64,000 nt of DNA from Phycisphaerae bacterium (GTDB lineage: Bacteria; Planctomycetota; Phycisphaerae; UBA1845; Fen-1342). How positions within the stretch are numbered: the stretch's first letter is position 1; every line of letters starts with the position of its first letter. The stretch is from the NCBI GenBank assembly GCA_050115495.1, contig JASFQK010000009.1:97163-161162 (forward strand). The letters are read 5' to 3'. The notes beneath the pieces are model-generated. The model was not told the DNA's origin. It saw nothing but the letters and a program-made list of their open reading frames with translations, and did no database searches. Below, piece by piece: positions 1 to 9,879 of this stretch. The translations under genes were made by a program, and so were the position numbers.

Positions 1-154
1 CACCGGTCGGCCCGACCATTCGTTTGTACCAGAACAGCGTCCGGCACACAAGATCAAGTGGTGACGGAGGGCCGTGGCGGCCCTGCGGCGCGCGCGGGCC
101 GGCTGGGACGGTGATTGCCGTCCTACGCCGGCCCGGCGCCCGCCCTGGGTCGGA

Positions 155-550
155 CTACTTGACGGCGAAGATGCCCGTCTTCTCGTCGTAGACGTACGTC
201 GTCCCGGTGGGCACGTACTGGTAGCCCCGCTTGCCGGTCTTCTTCCAGTTGGCGTCGGTGATGCCGCCCTCGATCACGTCGGCGAACAGCGGGTTCTTCT
301 CGGAGGCCTCCCCGTTCGCAGCCGAGTCCAGCGCGGTGGGATACGTGTCCTGGCCCTGGGCCAACGAAGTCATGTGCACGAGCTTGATCCCGGTGCGGAT
401 CGCCGACAGGGTCGCCTGCTCGGCGGCGTCCTGGGCCTCGGTGCGCATGCTGGTGAACTTGGGAGTGACCACAGCGGCCAGGAGGCCGATGATCACGATG
501 ACCATGACCAGCTCGACCAGGGTGAATGCTCGGTAGTTCCGCCGTTTCAT
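155..550 (-). CDS. Major type IV pilin, MshA-like
   Basis: Class III leader MKRRNYRA|FTLVELVMVIVIIGLLAAVVTPKF with E5; AAGGAG RBS upstream of ATG 550; last gene of the operon. Confidence 0.9.
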   Translation of the reverse strand: MKRRNYRAFTLVELVMVIVIIGLLAAVVTPKFTSMRTEAQDAAEQATLSAIRTGIKLVHMTSLAQGQDTYPTALDSAANGEASEKNPLFADVIEGGITDANWKKTGKRGYQYVPTGTTYVYDEKTGIFAVK

Positions 551-579
551 GTCGATGTTCTCCTTCTGGCAAGAGGGTA

Positions 580-1086
580 TTAGTCCGGAAGCTTGACCGT
601 GTAAGTCCCTCCGGGTTCTCGGATCGTCACGGAAGTGTCGTCGATGGCGATCACGGTAACGCCGTCGGCGAGCACGTCGCCCAGGCCGACCGGTCGCCCG
701 TTGAGCATGGCCAACGGGTTGTCGCCGGCGATGATGCCGGTCAGGGTATAGGCGCACGTCGTGGGGACTTCGCTGACCACAGGCTCCGTCGGAACCGTGT
801 AGTCTTCGGCCGGGGACGCCGCGCGATAGAAAGGATCGGCCGGCCAGTCCGTCACCTGGGCCACGATCTCGGCGAGCGAGTCGCCGACGGGCGCCGCGTC
901 GTCGGTACTGCAACCGTCGGCGGCAACGAGCGAGCCGAGCTCATCGTCGAGCGCCACGGCGGGGCCGGCCGGAGTGGCGCTGCTGGTGGCCGGCGGCCAT
1001 TGCGTCAGGCCGTACCACGCGCCGAGGGCCACGACCAGCACCCCGAAAACGAGTTTGCGCCACTGCTCAGCTCTCATCGTCCTCAT
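580..1086 (-). CDS. Pilus accessory protein (PilP/MshK/GspC-like)
   Basis: N-terminal TM, DPF motif, C-terminal LTGIIAGDNPLAMLNG...GD...VIAI beta domain; start may be 1077. Confidence 0.7.
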   Translation of the reverse strand: MRTMRAEQWRKLVFGVLVVALGAWYGLTQWPPATSSATPAGPAVALDDELGSLVAADGCSTDDAAPVGDSLAEIVAQVTDWPADPFYRAASPAEDYTVPTEPVVSEVPTTCAYTLTGIIAGDNPLAMLNGRPVGLGDVLADGVTVIAIDDTSVTIREPGGTYTVKLPD

Positions 1087-1693
1087 CTTCGTAGAAGCCC
1101 GCCTCTTCGCGCAGGAGTTCGGCGAGCGCGCCTTCCGGTACGAAAGGAACCTGCAAATCGAGCGAAACCTCCACCTCGGGCCCGTCGCCGGTCCACGTCG
1201 CGCGGACGATGCGCAGCGGCAGGTCCAGCGACGCCAGGCGATCCAGCCGACCGCTCAAACCGGCGTACGTACCGCGGCAGACGATGGTCGCCTGCTCACA
1301 GGCCAGCACGCCCGCTTCGGCGTCGGCGGCGTACAGCACTGGCTCGCCGAAGGTCAGCCGGGTCACGGTGACGCCGTCGCCCTGGAGCGTTTCGGCGAGG
1401 GTGTCGGACACGCGGTAGTGCTCGCGCCGCGGCAGCCACAGGTTGGCCACCGAGTCGCGGTTCTGATCGGCCAGTTCGTTCAGCCGCCGGGTGTGACCCT
1501 GGAGCACGGCCAGTTCGTCGACAGAGGCGCTGTACGAGCGGGCGTCGCTGCTGAGCTCGCTGGTCAGATGCCGCACGGCGACGGCCTGGGGCACCCAGGT
1601 CCACATGAGGTGGGCGAGGGCGGCGGCCGGGGCGGCGATGAACATCGCCAGCACGAGCATCGGGCGCAGTCTCAGCCAGTGGGTCACGTGCAT
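1067..1693 (-). CDS. PilO/MshJ-like inner-membrane alignment protein
   Basis: TM, coiled coil, then ferredoxin-like segment (CRGTYAGLSGRLDRL); position after PilM/N; GAGG upstream of 1693. Confidence 0.65.
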   Translation of the reverse strand: MHVTHWLRLRPMLVLAMFIAAPAAALAHLMWTWVPQAVAVRHLTSELSSDARSYSASVDELAVLQGHTRRLNELADQNRDSVANLWLPRREHYRVSDTLAETLQGDGVTVTRLTFGEPVLYAADAEAGVLACEQATIVCRGTYAGLSGRLDRLASLDLPLRIVRATWTGDGPEVEVSLDLQVPFVPEGALAELLREEAGFYEDEDDES

Positions 1694-1697
1694 ATCC

Positions 1698-3239
1698 TCA
1701 AGGCAGCGTGGCGTGGATCGCGATCGTCGCGGGTCCGTCGCGACCACTGCCGTCCACGTTGGTCACTTCGGCGCCGGTGCAGAACGCGGCGTCCGCCAGG
1801 TCGCGGGCCCAGCCGGCGGCCACGACTCCCGCCGCCGTCTCGCCGTGATATGCGGCCAGCAGGTCGATCGCCGGCGGCTCGGCGTCGGCGTCCAGGCTCG
1901 CCGACAGCAGGGTCACGTTGCCCGGCACGGTGGCGAACACAGCCCGAAAGAGGCCGATGGCGGGCAGCCGGCGTGGCAGGGCCTGCTGCAAGTGCGCGAT
2001 GCGGCCCACCTCTACCAGCAGCGCATCGTGCGCGGCGCGGTTGGCGGCCAGTTCGTTCGCGAGTTCTGCTGCCCGGTTTTCCAGCGTGCTGGCGGTGCGT
2101 TCGAGCTGCGTGCGCTGCGCTTCGGCCTGGCGGGGCACGGCGCTGTTGGCCAGGATGACCAGCATTGCGCAAGCCGCGGCCGCCAGGGCACGCCGCAAGC
2201 CGCGCTGCACGAAACGCTCCTCGGGTGGCCACAACTCCAGCGGGCCGTCGCCTGCGGGACGCGCCGTCCACATCGCCAGGCATTTCTGCTCGATGTCCTC
2301 GTCGGCGATCAGGGAGCGATCCAGGCCCAACTCGGCGACGAGGTGGGCACTCAAACCGGGCACGGGTGGCGCACACAGCACGCTCAGCGCCGGCCGAACG
2401 TCGGCCTCGCCCCAGTGCCGGGTCATCGTCTGCCCGGTTTCAGCTTGCAGCTTCTGTAGCGCCGGCGCGATCAGCGGCCACAACTGGTCGGCCCGCACCG
2501 TGTCCAGCACGGTATCCGTGCGGTCCACGGGCACGCCGACGTCGCGGACGAGCTGCTCGGCCTGCGGCGGCGACAGCGTCACCGGCCCATCCATGCTGAG
2601 GATCGGCCGCTGGTAGGCGGTCACGAAGTCGGCCCGCCCGAAGAGAATGTCGCGGCAGGCGACCAGGCGCCCGTCCTCGAAGAGCTGAATCGCCGCCGTC
2701 CGCTCGCCCAGCACGACCTGCATGGCCGGCCCGGAAGCAGCCGGCGCGTCGCACGCCGAGGTAAGCGCACGCACCGATTCCACGCGCAACCCGCTGCGTC
2801 GCAGGACGTAGAACAAGCCGCGCAGCAGGACGGCGTCCACGCCGGCGGCGAGCACCTGCGTGCTGCCGCTGTCGGCGTCGTGACCCACCACCTGCTCGGC
2901 CAGGCATAGCTCGCGTCCCGCCGCGTAAGCCGTCAGCCGCGTGCGGACGGCCTTGGTCCGATGGCGCGCCGACATGGGCGGCATCGACAGCGGATGAACG
3001 ACCGTCCCCGCGCCGGCGAAGTGCAGATGCGCCGGGCAGCCGGACAGCCCGTGCTCGCTCAGAAAGCGATCCAGCTCCGGCAGCCGCAACTGGCGCGGGA
3101 GCGCACCGACGTCGTACTCCACATGGCCGACGCCGAGCAGGCGCGCCTGTGGCGGCCGCCCTTCGACGGCGTATAGCGTTGCCGCCGCGCTGTCGGCGAC
3201 GATCACCAGCGCACGTTTTCCTGCACCCTGCTCGGGCAT
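1698..3239 (-). CDS. PilM-PilN-like fusion (MshI-like)
   Basis: Actin-like N-terminal region (AMQVVLGERTAAIQLFEDGRLVACRDI), then ELWPPEER, TM, coiled coil and VPGNVTLLS PilN-like domain; start uncertain. Confidence 0.7.
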   Translation of the reverse strand: MPEQGAGKRALVIVADSAAATLYAVEGRPPQARLLGVGHVEYDVGALPRQLRLPELDRFLSEHGLSGCPAHLHFAGAGTVVHPLSMPPMSARHRTKAVRTRLTAYAAGRELCLAEQVVGHDADSGSTQVLAAGVDAVLLRGLFYVLRRSGLRVESVRALTSACDAPAASGPAMQVVLGERTAAIQLFEDGRLVACRDILFGRADFVTAYQRPILSMDGPVTLSPPQAEQLVRDVGVPVDRTDTVLDTVRADQLWPLIAPALQKLQAETGQTMTRHWGEADVRPALSVLCAPPVPGLSAHLVAELGLDRSLIADEDIEQKCLAMWTARPAGDGPLELWPPEERFVQRGLRRALAAAACAMLVILANSAVPRQAEAQRTQLERTASTLENRAAELANELAANRAAHDALLVEVGRIAHLQQALPRRLPAIGLFRAVFATVPGNVTLLSASLDADAEPPAIDLLAAYHGETAAGVVAAGWARDLADAAFCTGAEVTNVDGSGRDGPATIAIHATLP

Positions 3240-3448
3240 AACCCCTGGCCTGCCAGCCGGGCGTTCAATCCGGACAACCGATCCGGAGAACGACCGCGCG
3301 GACACTTCTCCGCGAGGTTCATCGACGGGGCAGGCAGGCGTCGTGAGGGGTTGAAGGGAGCGGTGGGTCGCCGCGGCGAAGGCGGTCGGCGAAACATATC
3401 TTATCGCCACCCGCAGGCGGGTGGCGGTCGGTCCGGGCCCATAAGGAC

Positions 3449-3940
3449 TCAGGGGCCGAAGGGCGATGCCGGGCCCGGCCGGATCGACGGACCGGGCGGC
3501 GTGGGGCTGACGACCTTGGCGGTAATGCAGCTCCAACGCTCCTGGTAGACGCCGTCGCACACGCCCAGCGCCCGCAGCCGCAACTCGTACGGCCGCGGCC
3601 AGACCTCTACGGTGAACGTGGCGCCGGTCAGCTCGCCGGTGAACTGAAGCAACGGGTCGGACCCGGCCAGCCAGGTGTCCCCTTCCTTTTCGGTCACCAG
3701 GGCCAGGGCTTCCTGGAGCTTCGTGTCATCCAGGATCGTGCGCGTGGCCAGTTGCAGCGCTCCGAGCGCGGCGGCGTCGGCGCGCGCCCGCCGAACGGCG
3801 GCGGCGTCCACCGCCAGGTCCGCGGCGCGCATGCTGAGCACGGCGGATGACATTGTGGCCACGACCAGTAGCAGGACGACGGCGGTGACCAACGTGGCCC
3901 CCCGCCGCTGATAGTGGTTTGTTCTGCGTGTCATTTCCAC
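3449..3940 (-). CDS. Minor pilin, PilX/MshP/GspK-like
   Basis: QRRG|ATLVTAVVLLLVV leader lacking E5, typical of the PilX/GspK class. Confidence 0.75.
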   Translation of the reverse strand: MEMTRRTNHYQRRGATLVTAVVLLLVVATMSSAVLSMRAADLAVDAAAVRRARADAAALGALQLATRTILDDTKLQEALALVTEKEGDTWLAGSDPLLQFTGELTGATFTVEVWPRPYELRLRALGVCDGVYQERWSCITAKVVSPTPPGPSIRPGPASPFGP

Positions 3941-4560
3941 GGTTTCACGCTCAGTTGGATCTGCTGTTCGTAATTGGAGCGACGATAGATCTTGGGCGGC
4001 TTCGTGCTGGTCAGGGCCAGCGTCCGGCCGGCAAAAGTGCAGTCGGTCGGCACGGCGAGGCCCACGTACGTCTGGCCGTCGGGATCGCGCCAGTGATAGC
4101 GCAGGCCGACGAGCTGGTCGAATTGCGTTTTCTTCAGCGCGTTTACCGACGTGCCGTCGTCCAGCAGGTACGTGAAGGCAAGCTTGTGTACGGGCTCGGC
4201 CACCACCGCCCCCGCGTTGAGCGCCTTCGTAGCCTTCGTCGCCTGCTTGGTCATGCCGCCCACGTCGCTCTGGAGCAACTGCTCACCGGACGCGTACAGC
4301 TCCCATGAACCGATCGACAGCCCGGTCGACGCGGCCTTGTTGAGCGTACCGTAACCCTTCGGCGGATCGGCCTCGCGCCACAGCGACCCGGTGAGCTGCG
4401 CGATGCGCAACCCGCCGAGGTTCTGCGTCGTGAAGCACTGCAAGTCGGCCTCCGACTCCTGGTACGCCACGACGACCTGCGTCACCGGGATCAGCGCTCC
4501 GGCACAGATGATGCCGGCCAGCGAGATCGCCAGGATCATTTCCACGAGACTAGCGCTCAT
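3931..4560 (-). CDS. Minor pilin, PilW/MshO-like
   Basis: ASLVEMILAISLAGII pilin helix; position in the minor pilin series. Confidence 0.7.
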   Translation of the reverse strand: MSASLVEMILAISLAGIICAGALIPVTQVVVAYQESEADLQCFTTQNLGGLRIAQLTGSLWREADPPKGYGTLNKAASTGLSIGSWELYASGEQLLQSDVGGMTKQATKATKALNAGAVVAEPVHKLAFTYLLDDGTSVNALKKTQFDQLVGLRYHWRDPDGQTYVGLAVPTDCTFAGRTLALTSTKPPKIYRRSNYEQQIQLSVKPWK

Positions 4561-4575
4561 GTTCCGTCCCCATGG

Positions 4576-4992
4576 CTAAGTACCGGGCAGGTCCGCCACG
4601 AACGTCTCGACGCGCAGCGTGCTTCCGTCCGGCCCGGTAACGTCGACCCGCACACGCTTGATCCCCGAGCCCGGCTGCACCGTCAGGTAGTCGGCCGCCG
4701 ATACCTCGCGTACGGTCGTCACCCGCTGATAGCCGGCCAGTCCGCCGGCGTCCTTCTCGTCCGGGTAGTTGGCGGCGATCACGTGGGCGTAGCCACGCTT
4801 GGGGCTGGCCCGGTCGGCGTGCACCTCGTTCACCCGCTCGCCGGCGAGCTGCACGAGGTTCATGTTGATCATGGCCGCGCCCTGGGCGTGGGCCGCCGTC
4901 CCCAGTTGGATCATCAGTGGCGGTACGGCCAGGCCGAGAATGACGATGGCCAGGACGACCTCGATCAGCGACATGGCGCGGCGTCGTTTCAT
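4576..4992 (-). CDS. Minor pilin, PilV/MshD-like
   Basis: MKRRRA|MSLIEVVLAIVILG; KRVRVDV C-terminal strand. Confidence 0.85.
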   Translation of the reverse strand: MKRRRAMSLIEVVLAIVILGLAVPPLMIQLGTAAHAQGAAMINMNLVQLAGERVNEVHADRASPKRGYAHVIAANYPDEKDAGGLAGYQRVTTVREVSAADYLTVQPGSGIKRVRVDVTGPDGSTLRVETFVADLPGT

Positions 4993-5498
4993 GGCCAGAT
5001 AATCTCGCTGACGCCCGAGCCGCCGCGAACGACGATCTCCACGCCGCCGGCGAAGCGCAGACGGGCGTCTTTGGTCAGAGGTTTTCCATCAGGCTGAAGC
5101 GGGCAGCCGTCGGCCCCGAAACCGAGGGCGCTGCCGGCCAGCCCGGAGACGTCGTCGAGGTGGGTCCCGCCGCCGAGGTCCGTGATCGACACCTGCCAGG
5201 GCGCGTCGCTCAGGGGATGTGTCAGCGGCTTGGCGGCGATCTTGCCGCTGGCCGGCTGTGGTTCCTGCTCGAGCGTGTACTGCTGGCCGGCGACGTCGAA
5301 CGTGCAGAGCGTGCGGCAGGAGGAGAGCATCGCCGTCGCCCGGGCGTACGCCAGGTCGGCGCCGATGCGGCGAACGGCCGTGCTCGCCCGCCAGCTCTGC
5401 ACGCCGACCAGCCCGCTGATGGCGACCGTGGCCAGGACCAGGGCGATGGACATCGTCAGGACGAGCTCGACCATCGTCAGGGCGCGGCGCGCTTTCAT
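4989..5498 (-). CDS. Minor pilin, FimT/GspH/MshC-like
   Basis: MKARRA|LTMVELVLTM; DLAYARATAM and FGADGCP motifs; ATGA overlap with both neighbours. Confidence 0.85.
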   Translation of the reverse strand: MKARRALTMVELVLTMSIALVLATVAISGLVGVQSWRASTAVRRIGADLAYARATAMLSSCRTLCTFDVAGQQYTLEQEPQPASGKIAAKPLTHPLSDAPWQVSITDLGGGTHLDDVSGLAGSALGFGADGCPLQPDGKPLTKDARLRFAGGVEIVVRGGSGVSEIIWP

Positions 5499-6325
5499 GC
5501 CGAGGCTCCTGCCGGGATCGGCGCCGGGTTGCCGCAGGCCAGGCGCTCGGCGGCGCACTGAATGGCCGACGCGTCCACCTGCGCTGCGAGAGACAAGCTG
5601 GCCACCTGCAACGACAGGTGAGCCAGGCGGTTGACCAGCCGTGGCACGCCGCCTGACCACTCGGTGATGGCGGTCATCGCCTCGGCGGTGAAGACGTCGC
5701 CTTTGGGGTGCCCCGCGCTGCACAGGCGGTGCTGGAGGTAGTCCGGCACCTGGTCGGCGGCGAGCGGGCCGAGCGTCGCGCTGGCCAGCAGGCGCTGCTG
5801 TAGCCACGGCGGCCAGACCAGCTCGGACGCGGGCGCTTCGGCCGCCAGCAGCATGCAGACCCGCGCGCTCTCGACGTCCGCGTTCAACAGCCAACGCAGG
5901 CCGTCCAGATCCTCCCGGCTCGGGCTAGCCGGCCAGTCGTCCATCATGATGACGACGAAGCGGTTCTGCTCTTCGGCCTCGTTGACGGCCTGGAGAATGA
6001 CGTCCATGGCCACCGCCCCATCGGCCGGTACCGTCTGCGTCAGGTGATACGCCACGCGGCGGAGCAGGTCGACGCCCGTGCTGGACAGCTCGGGCACGAA
6101 GACCACCTGGTAACGCTCGCGGGGCAACTGCCGGCGGAGCGTCCGGAACAGAAGCGTCTTGCCACAACCGGTGTCGCCGGTGAGCAGCACCGGCTCGCCG
6201 CTGGCGCAGGCGGCGTACGTCATGGCCGCCAGGGCCTGCTCGTGGCGCGGGGCGGGGAAGTACGAGCGTGAGTCCGGTACTGCATCGAACGGGCTGCGTT
6301 GGAGGTGCCAGTAATCGAGATACAC
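5495..6325 (-). CDS. ExeA/GspA/MshM-family AAA ATPase
   Basis: MYLDYWHLQRSPF N-terminus, Walker A GDTGCGKT, SGGVPRLVN motif. Confidence 0.9.
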   Translation of the reverse strand: MYLDYWHLQRSPFDAVPDSRSYFPAPRHEQALAAMTYAACASGEPVLLTGDTGCGKTLLFRTLRRQLPRERYQVVFVPELSSTGVDLLRRVAYHLTQTVPADGAVAMDVILQAVNEAEEQNRFVVIMMDDWPASPSREDLDGLRWLLNADVESARVCMLLAAEAPASELVWPPWLQQRLLASATLGPLAADQVPDYLQHRLCSAGHPKGDVFTAEAMTAITEWSGGVPRLVNRLAHLSLQVASLSLAAQVDASAIQCAAERLACGNPAPIPAGASA

Positions 6326-6337
6326 GGTCGACCCTCG

Positions 6338-7564
6338 CTACGATTTGAGGTACATGGAGTTCATCTCCCACACGGGCAGGAAGATGGCCAGGGCCACCAG
6401 CAGCACGAACCCGCTCACGACCAACACCAGAGCCGGTTCGAGCGCCGTGGTCAGGATCTTGATGCGTACGCGCATCTCCTCCTCCAGGTGCGTCGCACAG
6501 GCACTCAGCATCTCGTCGATGCTGCCCGTGGCCTCCCCCACCGTCACCATGTGCTCGACCAGCTTGGGCAGCACGTGGCTGCCGGTCACCGTCGAGCTGA
6601 TCGAGCTGCCGGCGGCGACGTTGCGGCGAATCTGCGTGGCCAGGCGCTGCACGCGTCCGGGCAGCAACGCATCCTCCACGATCCGCAACGTCTCCAGCAG
6701 TGGCAGACCGGCCCCCTCCAACAACGCGATCATCCGGCAGAACTGGATGACCGTGGATAGGTAGACAATCCGCCCGATCATCGGCACCCGGGCCAGCAGG
6801 CGGGCCAACAACGTCTTCGTGGTCGACGAGCGTCGCGTCGCGACGATCACCGCCAACAGCACGCCCGCCCCCACGCCCAGAAAAACGCCGTGCTGCGTCG
6901 TGAAATCGCTCGCCGCCAGCAGGATGCGCGTCGGCAGTGGCAGCCGCTCGCCCATGTTGGCGAACAGGCTCGTGAACTGCGGCACGACGAAGATGAGCAT
7001 CGTCACGCAGGCCCCGATCAGCGTCATGATCACGATCGCCGGATAGGTCAGGGCGTTGATCAGCTCCCGGCGCAGGGCCGCCCGGCGTTCGAAATGCCGG
7101 ATCAGTTCGTCCATGGCCTCGGGGTGTACGCCGACGGCCTCGCCCGCTCGAATCGTGCCGATGTAGAACGCGTCGAACGTCTTCGGATGCGCCGCCAGCG
7201 CCTCGGAAAGCGTCGCCCCACGCTGAATGTCGGCGGCCAGGCTATCGAGCAACCGACGGTAAGCTCCCGGGCCGCTCGCCGCCCGCAGGATGCCCAACGC
7301 GTCCAGCAACGTGATCCCGCTCTTGAGCATCACCTTGAGCTGCCGGGTGAACTCGAGCAACTGCGACAGACGCAGCCGGATGCGCGACGTCGCCGCCCGG
7401 CCGGCGGCCGCAGCTCGCTTGTCCTTGGCCCGGCGGAGTGTCAGCGGCGTGAGCGACTGCTGTTCGAGCCGCCGCAGAGCGACCGCTTCCGACTCTTCTT
7501 CGAGCACACCCTCGGTGACGCGACCGGTGAGGTCGGCGGCGCGGTACATGAAAGCCGGCATCAC
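6338..7564 (-). CDS. pilC: Inner-membrane platform protein PilC/GspF/MshG
   Basis: FTRQLKVMLKSGI, ALTYP, LPLPTRIL, GEATG, LEP motifs. Confidence 0.95.
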   Translation of the reverse strand: MMPAFMYRAADLTGRVTEGVLEEESEAVALRRLEQQSLTPLTLRRAKDKRAAAAGRAATSRIRLRLSQLLEFTRQLKVMLKSGITLLDALGILRAASGPGAYRRLLDSLAADIQRGATLSEALAAHPKTFDAFYIGTIRAGEAVGVHPEAMDELIRHFERRAALRRELINALTYPAIVIMTLIGACVTMLIFVVPQFTSLFANMGERLPLPTRILLAASDFTTQHGVFLGVGAGVLLAVIVATRRSSTTKTLLARLLARVPMIGRIVYLSTVIQFCRMIALLEGAGLPLLETLRIVEDALLPGRVQRLATQIRRNVAAGSSISSTVTGSHVLPKLVEHMVTVGEATGSIDEMLSACATHLEEEMRVRIKILTTALEPALVLVVSGFVLLVALAIFLPVWEMNSMYLKS

Positions 7565-9786
7565 ACGCCCTCCTCAGTCGCCACGAGTGCCGAGGAGCCG
7601 GGCGAGGGTTGCAGCCACTTGCCGAGCAGCCGCTCGTAGTTGGCCACGTCGAAAGCGCCGTCGGGCTGGTCGCGGTGCGTGTGGTTCCGCCGGGCAAAGG
7701 CGCGGTTTGCGCCCGCCACGTCCTCGACGTAGCCGGCCACGCGCAGCAGCTCCGTGACCGACGTCAGCCCGGCGGCCACCTTGTCCATCCCGTCCTGAAG
7801 CAACGAGCGCATGCCCTGCGTCATCGCCAGCGCGGCCATCGCGCGGTCGTCCTGGCGGGCGAAGATCGCCCGGCGAATCTCGGGCGTGACCACGAGCAGC
7901 TCGAACACGCCCACGCGCCCCTCGAAGCCGGTGTTTCCGCAGCGCTTGCAGCCCACCGCTTCCATGTGCTGGACGCCGCCGAGCAGCACCCGCACCACCG
8001 ACTCGCTGCCTTCGGGTGGTTCCTCGGCCGGCCGGGCACAGTGCCGGCACAGCCGCCGGCACAACCGCTGGGCGAGCACGCCGATCAGCGACGAAGCCAC
8101 CAGGAAGTCCGGCACGCCCATGTCCAGCAATCGCATGGGGGCGGCCGCGGCCGTGTTCGTGTGCAGTGTGCTCAGCACGATGTGGCCGGTCAGGGCGGCC
8201 TGGAGGGCGATCTCCGCCGTCTCGCGGTCGCGAATCTCGCCGACCATGATGCAGTCGGGGTCTTGCCGCAGGATCGAGCGCAGTCCGGACTCGAAGGTGA
8301 GTCCGGCCTTGGGGTTCACGCCGACCTGGCGGACCTGCGGCAACCGCACTTCGACCGGATCCTCGAGCGTGATGATGCTCTGGCGCGTGCGGTCGAGGCG
8401 GGTGATGCCGGAGTAGAGTGTCGTGGTCTTGCCGCTGCCGGTCGGACCCGTGACCAGCAGCATGCCGTGCGGCAGATGCAGCAGCGCGTCGAATCGCTGG
8501 CGGCACTCGGCGTTCATGCCCAGCTCTTCCAGCGATAGAAGCCGCGATCCGGAACGCAGCAGGCGCAGCACGGCCGCCTCGCCGCCGGTGGACGGCAGCG
8601 TCGAGACGCGGATGTCCAGCTCCTCCTGGTCCACGGCCAGCTTGAAGTGGCCGTCCTGCGGCTGGCGCGTTTCGGCGATGTCCAGGTGAGCCAGCACCTT
8701 GATGCGTGAGATCATCGCCGGCAGGAGTGACTTCGGCGGGGCCGGTACCTCGCGCAGCACGCCGTCGATGCGGAAGCGCACGCGCAGGGCGTTCTCATCG
8801 GGGTCGATGTGCACGTCGCTGGCCCGGCTGCTGGCGGCCCGATCGAGCAGCACGTCGATCAGCTTCACGACCGGGGCGTCGGCGACGTCCTTGAGAATGT
8901 CGGTCCAGATGAGCTCGGACGAGGCGGCCTGTTCGCCGGGCTTCTCCTGGAAGCTGCCGTAGGCCCACTCGATGAGGTGGTGCACCTCACGCGGACTGGC
9001 CAGACACGAGTCCACCTCGCAGCCGGTCTGGAGGCGAATCTGGTCGAGCACGGCCAGGTCGAGGGGCCGGGTGACCGCGAGCGTGATGATGCGTTCGACC
9101 ACAAACAGCGGGAAGATGCCGTGGGCGCGGGCGACGTCCTCGCGGATGACGGAGCCGTTGTCGAGGCAGACGCGATACTCACCCGGCTCGACGAAGGCGA
9201 GGTCGTAGCCTTCGGCCTGGGCGGCGCTGAGCTCGCGCTGGCCGAGGCAGTGATTGTTGATCAGCCACTCGGCGGCGCGATCTTCGTCGCCAGCGGCTTG
9301 CGTCAGCGCTTTGCTGAGCACGTGGGAATCGACGAGGCCGGCGCGACCCAGGACGTTCATCCAGCGCGGTGCGGCCGGTCCGAGCTCCGCGGCCTGTGTC
9401 GCGGAGCGTTCCGGCGGCGGCGTCCGCGCCGGCGGCGCATGCAGGGCGAGCTCTTCGGCGTAGTTGTGGACGTCGTCGGCGAAGCGCACGCCGATGGCGT
9501 AGCGCGGCTCGCGGTCGATCATGCGGACGGAGAGTACCTGGCCCGGCAGCGTCTCCGGCGGGAGCTTGCCGACGGCGGGCGTGGTCACGGTGATCCGTGT
9601 CGCCCGCGGCAGGTACGTCGAGATTATCAGGCCGGCGCCGCCGCCGCTGACGTCGACGAGTCGGGCCCTCAACGTGTGTCCGCTGATGGGCGCGACCTGG
9701 CGGGCGACGTCCTCGTGAACGATGACGTCGACGCCGAGGTCGATGGCGTGCCGCGCGTACTGACGGTGTTGCCGGGGCTGGGCCAT
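7561..9786 (-). CDS. pilB: Pilus assembly ATPase PilB/GspE/MshE with N-terminal PilZ domain
   Basis: ASDVHI, GPTGSGKTTT, TLEDPVE, LRQDPD, GEIRD, TGH..LSTLH, CxxC..CxxC; PilZ motifs RQYAR and DVSGGG. Confidence 0.95.
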   Translation of the reverse strand: MAQPRQHRQYARHAIDLGVDVIVHEDVARQVAPISGHTLRARLVDVSGGGAGLIISTYLPRATRITVTTPAVGKLPPETLPGQVLSVRMIDREPRYAIGVRFADDVHNYAEELALHAPPARTPPPERSATQAAELGPAAPRWMNVLGRAGLVDSHVLSKALTQAAGDEDRAAEWLINNHCLGQRELSAAQAEGYDLAFVEPGEYRVCLDNGSVIREDVARAHGIFPLFVVERIITLAVTRPLDLAVLDQIRLQTGCEVDSCLASPREVHHLIEWAYGSFQEKPGEQAASSELIWTDILKDVADAPVVKLIDVLLDRAASSRASDVHIDPDENALRVRFRIDGVLREVPAPPKSLLPAMISRIKVLAHLDIAETRQPQDGHFKLAVDQEELDIRVSTLPSTGGEAAVLRLLRSGSRLLSLEELGMNAECRQRFDALLHLPHGMLLVTGPTGSGKTTTLYSGITRLDRTRQSIITLEDPVEVRLPQVRQVGVNPKAGLTFESGLRSILRQDPDCIMVGEIRDRETAEIALQAALTGHIVLSTLHTNTAAAAPMRLLDMGVPDFLVASSLIGVLAQRLCRRLCRHCARPAEEPPEGSESVVRVLLGGVQHMEAVGCKRCGNTGFEGRVGVFELLVVTPEIRRAIFARQDDRAMAALAMTQGMRSLLQDGMDKVAAGLTSVTELLRVAGYVEDVAGANRAFARRNHTHRDQPDGAFDVANYERLLGKWLQPSPGSSALVATEEGV

Positions 9787-9879
9787 GATGCTCCAATCCT
9801 GATCGGAGGGGGTCACTCCAATGGGACACGCCCCCCGGAGATCATCGCCCAACAGTCACGTGTGGCTTAGCAAGTCCGG

